Shown here: positions 13,873 to 26,864 of the stretch, piece by piece
How the letters are laid out: each line of letters starts with the position of its first letter
Position numbering within the stretch: position 1 is the first letter of the stretch
Position numbers and translations under genes: made by a program
The notes under the pieces: generated by a model
What the model was told of the DNA's origin: nothing
Databases searched by the model: none
Seen by the model: only the letters and a program-made list of their open reading frames with translations
Source: Anaeramoeba ignava BMAN
Lineage: Eukaryota > Protista > Anaeramoebae
Direction: 5' to 3'
Assembly (NCBI GenBank): GCA_028826165.1
Contig: JAPDFW010000133.1
Coordinates: forward strand, 72,324-136,323
DNA length: 64,000 nucleotides

Positions 13873-14184
13873 CTTTTCCCTTCTTTTATCTTCTTCTCTT
13901 CTTCTCTTCTTGTTGGTTCTTCTTTCTTTTTTTTTTTGACCATTCCAAATTTTTTCTTCTCCTTTTTTTTTCCATTTTTTTTACTTTTTTTTTTTGCTTT
14001 TTTTTTTCTTTTTTTTTTTTGCTTTTTTTTTTTGTGATTTGATTTTTGTGTCTTTTTTTTTTTCTTTTTTCTACTTTTTTTTTTTACTCAAATTCAGAAA
14101 AAAAAAATAATAATATTTTTCCACCAAAAACTGAGCTGTAATAAACAAAAGACACAAGATTTCTAATCACAAAACTTACCTTAT

Positions 14185-15875
14185 TTTTGATTTGAATTTT
14201 GATTTAAATTATTTTTGATTTAAATTATTTTTGATTTAAATTATTTTTGATTTAAATTATTTTTAATTTAGATTATTTTTAATTTGGATTATTTTTGATT
14301 TAAATTATTTTTGATTTAAATTATTTTTGATTTAAATTATTTTTGATTTAAATTATTTTTGATTTAAATTATTTTTAATTTAAATTATTTTTGATTTAAA
14401 TTATTTTTGATTTAAATTAATTTTGATTTAAATTATTTTTGATTTGAATTATTTTTGATTTAAATTATTTTTGATTTGAATTATTTTTAATTTAAATTAT
14501 TTTTGATTTAAATTATTTTTGATTTAAATTATTATTAATTTAAATTATTTTTGATTTAAATTATTTTTGATTTAAATTATTTTTGATTTAAATTATTTTT
14601 GATTTAAATTATTTTTAATTTAAATTATTTTTGATTTAAATTATTTTTGATTTAAATTATTTTTGATTTAAATTATTTTTAATTTAAATTATTTTTGATT
14701 TAAATTATTTTTGATTTAAATTATTTTTGATTTAAATTATTTTTGATTTAAATTATTTTTGATTTAAATTATTTTTGATTTAAATTATTTTTGATTTAAA
14801 TTATTTTTGATTTAAATTATTTTTGATTTAAATTATTTTTAATTTAAATTATTTTTGATTTAAATTATTTTTGATTTAAATTATTTTTGATTTAAATTAT
14901 TTTTGATTTAAATTATTTTTGATTTAAATTATTTTTGATTTAAATTATTTTTGATTTAAATTATTTTTGGATTTAAATTATTTTTGATTTAAATTATTTT
15001 TGATTTAAATTATTTTTAATTTAGATTATTTTTGATTTAAATTATTTTTAATTTAAATTATTTTTGATTTAAATTATTTTTAATTTAAATTATTTTTAAT
15101 TTAGATTAAATTTTTGATTTAAATTATTTTTAATTTGATTTAAATTTTTGATTTAAATTATTTTTGATTTAGATTATTTTTGATTTAGATTATTTTTGAT
15201 TTAAATTATTTTTGATTTAAATTATTTTTGATTTAAATTATTTTTAATTTAAATTATTTTTGATTTAAATTATTTTTGATTTAGTTTAAATTTTTGATTT
15301 AAATTATTTTTGATTTAAATTATTTTTGATTTAAATTATTTTTAATTTAAATTATTTTTAATTTAAATTATTTTTGATTTAAATTATTTTTGATTTAAAT
15401 TATTTTTAATTTAAATTATTTTTAATTTAAATTTTTAATTTAAATTATTTTTAATTTAAATTATTTTTGATTTAAATTTATTTTTGATTTAAATTATTTT
15501 TGATTTAAATTATTTTTGATTTTAAATTATTTTTGATTTAAATTATTTTGATTTAAATTATTTTTGATTTAAATTATTTTTAATTTAAATTATTTTTGAT
15601 TTAAATTATTTTTAATTTAGATTATTTTTGATTTAAATTATTTTTGATTTAAATTATTTTGATTTAAATTATTTTTAATTTAAATTATTTTTGATTTAAA
15701 TTATTTTTGATTTAGATTATTTTTGATTTAAATTATTTTTAATTTAAATTATTTTTGATTTAAATTATTTTTGATTATTTGAATTATTTTTGATTTAAAT
15801 TATTTTTAATTTAAATTATTTTTAATTTAAATTATTTTTAATTTAAATTTTTGATTTGATTTAAATTTTTGATTT
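14185..15875. repeat. 16-bp satellite (GATTTAAATTATTTTT)n between convergent 3' ends
   Basis: Highly homogeneous tandem array. Confidence 0.92.
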
Positions 15876-15936
15876 GAATTTTTATTTGATTAACATTTTT
15901 ATTAACAAAATAATTTTTTCCTTTTTTTCTTTCTTC

Positions 15937-18900
15937 TTAAAATTTAAATTCACTGTTTGATTTTGAATCATGAACCAATTCTAAATGTCTTTGAAACTCT
16001 TTTGAATCAAAAGTAGAAAACAAACAATCAGATTTCAAACAACAAAATTTATGAATATTTTTAACTGAAGGAAGAAATTGGTCAGATTGAGCAAAATTCT
16101 GATCATGAATTTCCTCAAGAAAAGAGCGGAATCTCTGAGGGAAATTAAAAGAAGGAGAAGGAGAGAAAAAACGGGAATTATTATTAGCAAAAGAACGGAA
16201 AAGATAAAGAGAACGCAACGGATGAACTGAACAATGAGGACAATTAGGATTTTTACACTTTGTGAAACTAGTAAAATACTGTCTCATGTCAATATGCTTA
16301 AAGAAGAAGATAAACTCCTGGCGCAGCTGGAAAAGCTTTGGATCTCCAGAGACCTCTTGCGGATCCGACGCAAGAAACAGTCTCAAGAGATGGTAATCGT
16401 GGTAATAATCAGGGATCGATGAGTCAGGCGCATATTTAGCTTTGATTTCCAAGTCCGAAAACTGAAGCTCCTCAATAAACGAAATCAACTCTTTTGATGC
16501 ATGACGGAATATGCTGTGTTCTTGCTTATTCAACTCTTTTTCCTGCAGATTTGCTTGGAAACAAGGTGGAGTTCTTTCGTTTTTATAACATGCACTTATT
16601 CCGTTATTTTTCATCTTCTTTCGGAAAATTTCCCAAAACTTCAACAACACATTTGTCTCGATAGAATGCGTGTTCCGATCGCGTGATTGTGCGCTGCGTT
16701 TCTGGAAAGAATTATTTGGATCAGGTCCATAAGTTGAAATGGCCAAAAAATCAAGATCAAGATCTCTCCACAATCTTCCGAAATAAAATATCGCAATCAG
16801 AGACTGTGGATCGAGATCTGGATCGCCATAATCAACAACAAGACTCAGTGCTGGTTTGATTTCTGCTTGTTTTAGTATTTTTATTATGTCATTCGCGTGA
16901 GTCTCTGCAGTCGTAACCACAAACTTCGAAGGTCTTAAAACAACGTCAATTGTTCCATGACTAGGAAAACCTAAATGCGGTCTTGATAAATCATCGATAT
17001 ATGTGTTTTTATCACTTTCAAAATGTGCAGTGAGAAACCCTGAAGGCACCAGATCATATCCAGGAAAAGGTCCCAATAAATTTGCAAATTTTTGATCCGA
17101 AAACCGAAAAAATTGAGAAAGTTGGAACGACGTTTGGGTTGGTGAGCTGATCCCCAAATAAACAGATGGCAGACGGCTGCATATCATTAGTGTCATCTCT
17201 TCCGTGTTTTGCGATGCAAACTCCACTAAGTGTCTGATCTGTGTCTGGCAGAAACTTGAGTCAATATGCATGTCAATGCGTGCAGTTGATTTTCCTCGAT
17301 TGTTCTTCTCTATAAGTTTTTCTTCATCTCTTGCTAACGGACTGAATCTCTGCGAATCGTCGACAAAAAATTTGACAAGGTCTCCCGAGATGTCGATTGC
17401 GTTTTTGATCTTGCGTGAAGACTCCTGAAGAATCAATTCGCACATTTTTCTTGCTTCTTTCGGCAATTTTTCAATTAAATTTAAAGGAGAAAAAAAGTTT
17501 TTTTCTGAAGGAATCAAGTCAAATATTCTTTTACTTGAATCGGCAAAAAAAGAGGGGATTTTCTGCTTTTTTTGGGGGGATATTTTTTTGTTTTTCTTTT
17601 CTTTAGTTTTGTCCGTTTCTGATCCGCTCAAGATCTCTTCATCAATCTTCATAAACTCCTCAAATTGTTTCTTGTTCTCAAGTGTGTGCATGTTGAGAAA
17701 GATGGATCGTTGGTTTCTTTTGATGCGAAAAAGTGGGCATCTTTTTGTCAATTGGATCTCCAGTGAATTTGAAAGGGTTGGCGGTATTGTATATTTGTCC
17801 AGAATATACTTGAGATCAACCGCGTTAATGTTTTTCATTTCGTGGATAAAGCTGGACATTTTTGTGTGCGGCATTGGATACAATTCCTCACCCAAATTGA
17901 TAAGATGAATCAATTTTTTTTGGGATTCATACCATTCTGCAGAATTTATTCCTGAAATTTCAGTTGTTAAGTCGCCATTTTGGTTTTCTGAAAAACCCAA
18001 TGAATTGTAATTGAACCGATCGTCAAAACGCATGTCGTGAAACTGGTAAGGAAGGGGATCAATCGAGTAAATATCGTGTTCTGTTTGCATGTCATCAAAT
18101 TCAAAAAAAAACGGATTTGATTGGGATTGCAATGGGTCTTCAAATCGTGTATTAAGCCCCAACCCCCTTGATTGTGAATTCTCAAAAATCTCTTTTGTGA
18201 TGAACAAATCATTTCCCAAAAACGATGGGTTCTTGTTGTTAATTCTAAATTCTCTCGCCCAATTTTCGGGTGAAAATCTGATATCAAATGCGTTTTGTGG
18301 ATCTAAATTCATATCAAATTGCTGTTTTGGATTCATGTTTATTTGGTTTGTTTTCATCAGTTCCTTTTCTTCTATTATTTCTTGTTTGTTTTGTAATTTA
18401 TTTGTGGAGTCTATTTCGTTTGTATTGATAAGATGCTTGTTTTCGAATATAAATGCATTTTGATTTTGAATTTGATTTTGAATTTGATTTTGAATTTGAT
18501 TTTCTGAATTAAATGTTTCGTTTAAAAGTTTGTCCAAATTTTCAATTGGATCATCAATTTGGTTCTTGCGCTTTTTCTCTTTTCTTGTTTGCGGATTTGT
18601 TTTGATGAATGAATTGATTGTATTATCACTTCTAGAGCGTATTATAGAATCATCAAAAAAATCATTTTGAATTTGATTTTGATTTTGATTTTGAATTTGA
18701 ATTTGATTTTGAATTTGAATTTGAATTTGATTTTGAATTTGAATTTGATTTTGATTTTGATTTTGATTTTGAATTTGATTTTGATTTTGATTTTGATTTT
18801 GAATTTCATTTAGATTTTGATTTTGATTTTGATTTTCATTTTCATTTTGATTTTCATTTAGTCGATCTTTGCTTCTTGTTCGCATTTTTTCCTTTGTAAA

Positions 18901-19800
18901 TTCTTGTTCACCAGGCGAAAATGAATTTGCCTTTTTAATTTTCGTTTTTGAATAAGTTTTTTCTTTTTTCTTGCTCTTCTTTTTTTTACTTTTTTTCTTT
19001 TCATCCTTGTTTTTCTTCTCCCTTTTCTTTTTCTCCTTGTTTTTCTTTTTAACTTCCTCATTCCTCAGCGCTGTTACACTTGTTCTTTGTCTATATATGC
19101 GTTTTCTTAGTCTTTTTTTAGCCGACAAAATCAATCCAATAAAATCTTGTAAATTTGAAAGAAAACCCAAAATTTGATCCGAATCACCAATCATTTCCTC
19201 AGTTGGTAAATGAGTCAAACCATGAAGAGCCGCACATATATCCAGGAAACTATTTTCCACAGATTCAATACTCTGGGCAAGAACTGTTTTCTGCTGTGGC
19301 GGACGCTTTAAATTATTCTCATATTCCTCTTTCAATTTCGCATAATTAATCCAATGCTTTGCTGTTGTTTTGAGGTTCTGGATCAGATTATGATTTTTTT
19401 TGAGCTGAGACGGGAGAATCAATTCAGGAGAACATTTGCTAATAAGTTGTGCTAAAGCATCAGATGGACTGATCGACTTTACTTTTTTCTTTTTTACTTT
19501 TTGTTTTTTTGGCATTTTTTTCTTTTTTGTTTGTCTAACTTCAGGTTGCCATCCTTTTGTATAATTTCTAACATATTCTGTATCTGATTTCACTTGATTC
19601 CATTCTTTTTGTGCTTTTTGAAAGATTTTTTCTTTTGATTCGTCACCTGAATAATTAGAAAAAAAACAGTTGACAAAATATTCATAAAGATTTCGCGGTT
19701 TTTTATAAATTGCTTGTATTTTTTGTTTTGATTTCGATTTTTTTTGCTTTTGATTTTCTTTTTCTTTTTCTTTTTCTTTTTCTTTTTCTTTTGGCAACAT
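15937..19800 (-). CDS. 1287-aa intronless protein with a C-terminal Zator/TP36(ISAzo13)-like DDE transposase-derived region and Zn-finger-like motifs
   Basis: Uninterrupted ORF. Ordered motifs HIDSSFCQTQ, FPGYDLVPSG, TTAETHANDI, KPALSLVVDYGDPD, RLWRDLDLD, PPCFQANL, HIDMR..KCKNPNCPHC, FFSPSPS, C..C...FQRHLELVH recall this family (from memory, not searched). Confidence 0.7.
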   Translation of the reverse strand: MLPKEKEKEKEKEKENQKQKKSKSKQKIQAIYKKPRNLYEYFVNCFFSNYSGDESKEKIFQKAQKEWNQVKSDTEYVRNYTKGWQPEVRQTKKKKMPKKQKVKKKKVKSISPSDALAQLISKCSPELILPSQLKKNHNLIQNLKTTAKHWINYAKLKEEYENNLKRPPQQKTVLAQSIESVENSFLDICAALHGLTHLPTEEMIGDSDQILGFLSNLQDFIGLILSAKKRLRKRIYRQRTSVTALRNEEVKKKNKEKKKREKKNKDEKKKSKKKKSKKKEKTYSKTKIKKANSFSPGEQEFTKEKMRTRSKDRLNENQNENENQNQNQNLNEIQNQNQNQNQIQNQNQNQNQIQIQNQIQIQIQNQIQIQNQNQNQIQNDFFDDSIIRSRSDNTINSFIKTNPQTRKEKKRKNQIDDPIENLDKLLNETFNSENQIQNQIQNQIQNQNAFIFENKHLINTNEIDSTNKLQNKQEIIEEKELMKTNQINMNPKQQFDMNLDPQNAFDIRFSPENWAREFRINNKNPSFLGNDLFITKEIFENSQSRGLGLNTRFEDPLQSQSNPFFFEFDDMQTEHDIYSIDPLPYQFHDMRFDDRFNYNSLGFSENQNGDLTTEISGINSAEWYESQKKLIHLINLGEELYPMPHTKMSSFIHEMKNINAVDLKYILDKYTIPPTLSNSLEIQLTKRCPLFRIKRNQRSIFLNMHTLENKKQFEEFMKIDEEILSGSETDKTKEKKNKKISPQKKQKIPSFFADSSKRIFDLIPSEKNFFSPLNLIEKLPKEARKMCELILQESSRKIKNAIDISGDLVKFFVDDSQRFSPLARDEEKLIEKNNRGKSTARIDMHIDSSFCQTQIRHLVEFASQNTEEMTLMICSRLPSVYLGISSPTQTSFQLSQFFRFSDQKFANLLGPFPGYDLVPSGFLTAHFESDKNTYIDDLSRPHLGFPSHGTIDVVLRPSKFVVTTAETHANDIIKILKQAEIKPALSLVVDYGDPDLDPQSLIAIFYFGRLWRDLDLDFLAISTYGPDPNNSFQKRSAQSRDRNTHSIETNVLLKFWEIFRKKMKNNGISACYKNERTPPCFQANLQEKELNKQEHSIFRHASKELISFIEELQFSDLEIKAKYAPDSSIPDYYHDYHLLRLFLASDPQEVSGDPKLFQLRQEFIFFFKHIDMRQYFTSFTKCKNPNCPHCSVHPLRSLYLFRSFANNNSRFFSPSPSFNFPQRFRSFLEEIHDQNFAQSDQFLPSVKNIHKFCCLKSDCLFSTFDSKEFQRHLELVHDSKSNSEFKF

Positions 19801-20039
19801 GTTTAGTTTATTTTCTAAATATTAAAAATTATAAATTAAAAACAAAAATGAATTTTTTTTTTTTTTGTAAATTTTTATTTTTTGTAAATTATTTTTTTTT
19901 GAATGTTTCAAAAAAAATGTTTAAAGAAAAACAATTAGTTTCATTTTTATTAATAAAACCCAATTCAAAAGCTGTTTAAATTTACCATTTTTTTTTCCAA
20001 CAAATCTTTAAAATAATCTTTTTTAATTTCTTAAATTTA

Positions 20040-21665
20040 ATTAATTTTCTTAATAAAATAAAATAAATCAAAAAAAGGATTATTAATTATTTTTACTATT
20101 TATTTATTAAAAGATTTAATTTTATAATTAAATATTATTAGCCCCTTATTATTTAATTTTCTTTTTTTGATCAAATCCAAAATAAAAAAATAAATAAATT
20201 TAATCAATTTTCTTAATAAAATAAAATAAATCAAAAAAGGGATTATTAAATATTTTCATTATTTATTTATTAAAAGATTTAATTTTCTAATTAAAATATT
20301 ATTAAACCCTTATTATTTAATTTTCTTTTTTTGATCAAATCCAAAATGAAAAAATAAATAAATTTAATCAATTTTCTTAATAAAATAAAATAAATCAAAA
20401 AAAGGATTATTAAATATTTTTATTATTTATTTATTAAAAGATTTAATTTTCTAATTTAAATATTATTAACCCTTATTATTTAATTTTCTTTTTTTGATCA
20501 AATCCAAAATGAAAAATAAATAAATTTAATCAATTTTCTTAATAAAATAAAATAAATCAAAAAAAGGATTATTAAATATTTTTATTATTTATTTATTAAA
20601 AGATTTAATTTTCTAATTAAAATATTATTAACCCCTTATTATTTAATTTTCTTTTTTTGATCAAATCTAAAATAAAAAAATAAATAAATTTAATCAATTT
20701 TCTTAATAAAATAAATTAAATCAAAAAAAGGATTATTAAGTATTTTTATTATTTATTTATTAAAAGATTTAATTTTATAATTAAAATATTATAAAACCCT
20801 TATTATTTAATTTTCTTTTTTTGATCAAATCTAAAATGAAAAAATAAATAAATTTAATCAATTTTCTTAATAAAATAAAATAAATCATAAAAAGGATTAT
20901 TAAGTATTTTTATTATTTATTTATTAAAAGATTTAATTTTATAATTTAAATATTATTAACCCCTTATTATTTAATTTTCTTTTTTTGATCAAATCCAAAA
21001 AGAAAAAATAAATAAATTTAATCAATTTTCTTAATAAAATAAAATAAATCATAAAAAGGATTATTAATTATTTTCATTATTTATTTATTAAAAGATTTAA
21101 TTTTCTAATTAAAATATTATTAACCCCTTATTATTTAATTTTCTTTTTGATCAAATCCAAAAATAAAAATAAATAAATTTAATCAATTTTCTTAATAAAA
21201 TAAAATAAATCAAAAAGGATTATTAAATATTTTTATTATTTATTTATTAAAAGATTTAATTTTCTAATTAAAACTATTATTAAACCCTTATTATTTAATT
21301 TTCTTTTTGATCAAATCCAAAAATGAAAAATAAATAAATTTAATCAATTTTCTTAATAAAATAAAATAAATCATAAAAAGGATTATTAAATATTTTTATT
21401 ATTTATTTATTAAAAGATTTAATTTTATAATTAAAATATTATTAAACCCTTATTATTTAATTTTCTTTTTTTGATCAAATCTAAAATGAAAAAATAAATA
21501 AATTTAATCAATTTTCTTAATAAAATAAAATAAATCAAAAAAAGGATTATTAATTATTTTTATTATTTATTTATTAAAAGATTTAATTTTATAATTAAAA
21601 TATTATTAACCCCTTATTATTTAATTTTCTTTTTTTGATCAAATCTAAAATGAAAAAATAAATAA
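20040..21665. repeat. ~163-bp minisatellite, 10 copies
   Basis: GGAT anchor at ~20077, 20240, 20404, 20566, 20730, 20894, 21058, 21217, 21380, 21544. Confidence 0.92.
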
Positions 21666-21723
21666 AAATTGCTTTTTTATTTCAATTGCAATTTAAATGA
21701 AAAAAAAAAATATTTTTTTTATT

Positions 21724-24882
<3,159 letters not shown>

Positions 24883-25097
24883 TCAATAAAATAAAATAAA
24901 TTTGTTTTTGTTTTTGTTTTTGTTTTTGTTTTGAATAAAAGAAAAGAAAAAGGAAAAAAAATGAAAAAGTTTTTCAGAATTTTTTCTTCTTTTAAATTCT
25001 TTTATTCTTTTTTTGGATACCTCAATCTTAATTCTTTTTTTTTTTTATTAAAATTTTTTTTTTAAATAGTGTTTTAATTCTTCTTTTGTTTTTCATC

Positions 25098-26668
25098 TTA
25101 ATTGAAAAATACTTCAATTGCTTTATTTTTCCATTCACTAAATTTTCCAGCCAGATATTTCTTTCTCAATCTGGAATTTTTATTAATTCCTTTAGGTAAA
25201 TCATAAACTAATCCAAATTCCGAATACCAATTATCAAAATCTCCATCAGGATCTCTACTATCATTAAAAAAACAAAAATCACCATCTCCAAAAATTGGGC
25301 CTGAATCATAATCATAAAAAATAGCCTTATCTTCTTTTCCTTTACTGACTAAAAATTTTTCTGGTTTTCTTTTTTCATTTCCACCTTTTAGTGAAAATAT
25401 AAATGCTTTTTCATCTCGAATTGCTTTAGATTCTTCTTTTTCATTAGTTTGCTTTATAAATCCTACTTCTGTAAATCCCCCAAAAATATAATCTTCCTTT
25501 GTTTGAACCAAAACTAGTGTTTTTCCCTTTCCATCACATTTTTGATGGAAAGATCTTGCATTCATTCCATCTTTTTTTGCTGAATATCCCAATTTTAATT
25601 TTCTAAAAAAAATTGGATCGTTGATCCAAAAATATAATTTCTTTATCAATTCTCTTTCATTGTATAAAACGGAATCTTTTGGGAAATGGATTCTTGGTTG
25701 AAACATCAATAAAGAATCACTTTTTTCGCTTTTTTCGCTTTTTTCACTTTTTTTGCTTTTTTCTTGATTTTCTTCAAAATTTAAAATTTCTGAATAAATT
25801 TCTTTTGAAATTAATTTAAATTCCCAAATTTTCTCAACTTCTTCTTTTTCAATTTCACAAAATCGGATTTTCTTGATCAAATTCTTCATTTTAACTGCTA
25901 ATTTATCATTTTCACAATTCGATAAATTTTCAATTCCAATTGGATTGTTAATATTGAATTGAGCCCATTTGATTAAAGTATGCAATAAATTAAGTTCATT
26001 TTCAACAATTAAATCATCATTTTCCAAAATCAACCCAAATTCTTCTTCATCCATTTTAAAGTATAATTGATTTTCAATAATTTTATCAAAATTAAGAGCA
26101 ATAACTTCCATGCATTTTTTATAAATTTGATCCAAATTAAACTGTTTTGCAATTTCCAAAATTTCAACTGAATTTTCAAAAGAAATATTTTCCGAAGCAC
26201 ATTTTCCAAGAAAAACAAAAAGTTCTGGATCATTAACAAGAAATTTCTGGAATTGGATCATTAACTCAATCACATTTTGTGGATCAACTTGAATATTTCC
26301 TGTATAAATATATTGCAATATTTTCTTCATAATTTCAAAAGAAACATCCAATTCAACTTTTCCTTCTTGATCTTCTTTCATTTTACTTCTAAATAATCCC
26401 TTGAAATATTCACTTCTGCTCGCAAGAATTATTCGATGACAATAAAAAATCTTCTTTTCTTTTTGCTCTTTTGAAATTGTTGTTTCTAAATTCGGAACGT
26501 GAATTTGAAAGTCACTAAAATTATTTTCTTTTTCTAAAAAAATATTTTCTTCAATATTTTTTGAAAGCAAATTAAAATTTTGAAATGAATAAGTTTTTGT
26601 TTCGTTTTCTTTTGCTTCTTTTTAGTTTGCTTTTTTTTTGGTTTTTTTTTGATTCTTGATTTTTTCAT
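25098..26668 (-). CDS. BTB-BACK-TLDc domain protein
   Basis: BTB FSDF..FYCHRIILASRSEYFKGLF..YIYTG; BACK region; TLDc SFHQKCDGKGKTLVLV..IFGGF..GPIFG. The track start is a TTG; the likely ATG at 26668 needs a homopolymer indel. Confidence 0.88.
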
Positions 26669-26864
26669 TTTGTTTTTTAAAATAAAAAATAAAAAATGAA
26701 AAATGAAAAATGAATTTTATTCAAAAAAAATTTATTTACATTAAAATAAATTCTCTTTTGAAATAATTCTTATTGTTTTTTTTTTATAAATAAATTGAGA
26801 ATAATCAAATTAAGATTTTATTTTTCTTTTTCTCTTTTCCTTAATTTTCAAGAAAAGAAACAAA

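Noticed and set aside
14030-14174. SECIS element
   Set aside because: The UGA/GA pair is out of register with the helix, the loop is ~90 nt, and no in-frame UGA is seen in the visible exons
16234-19349. Short overlapping or antisense ORFs within the 1287-aa gene
   Set aside because: Expected by-products of a longer, GC-richer ORF; no recognisable motifs
15880-20040. Active DNA transposon with TIRs
   Set aside because: No terminal inverted repeats or TSD found by eye, and the catalytic motifs are degenerate
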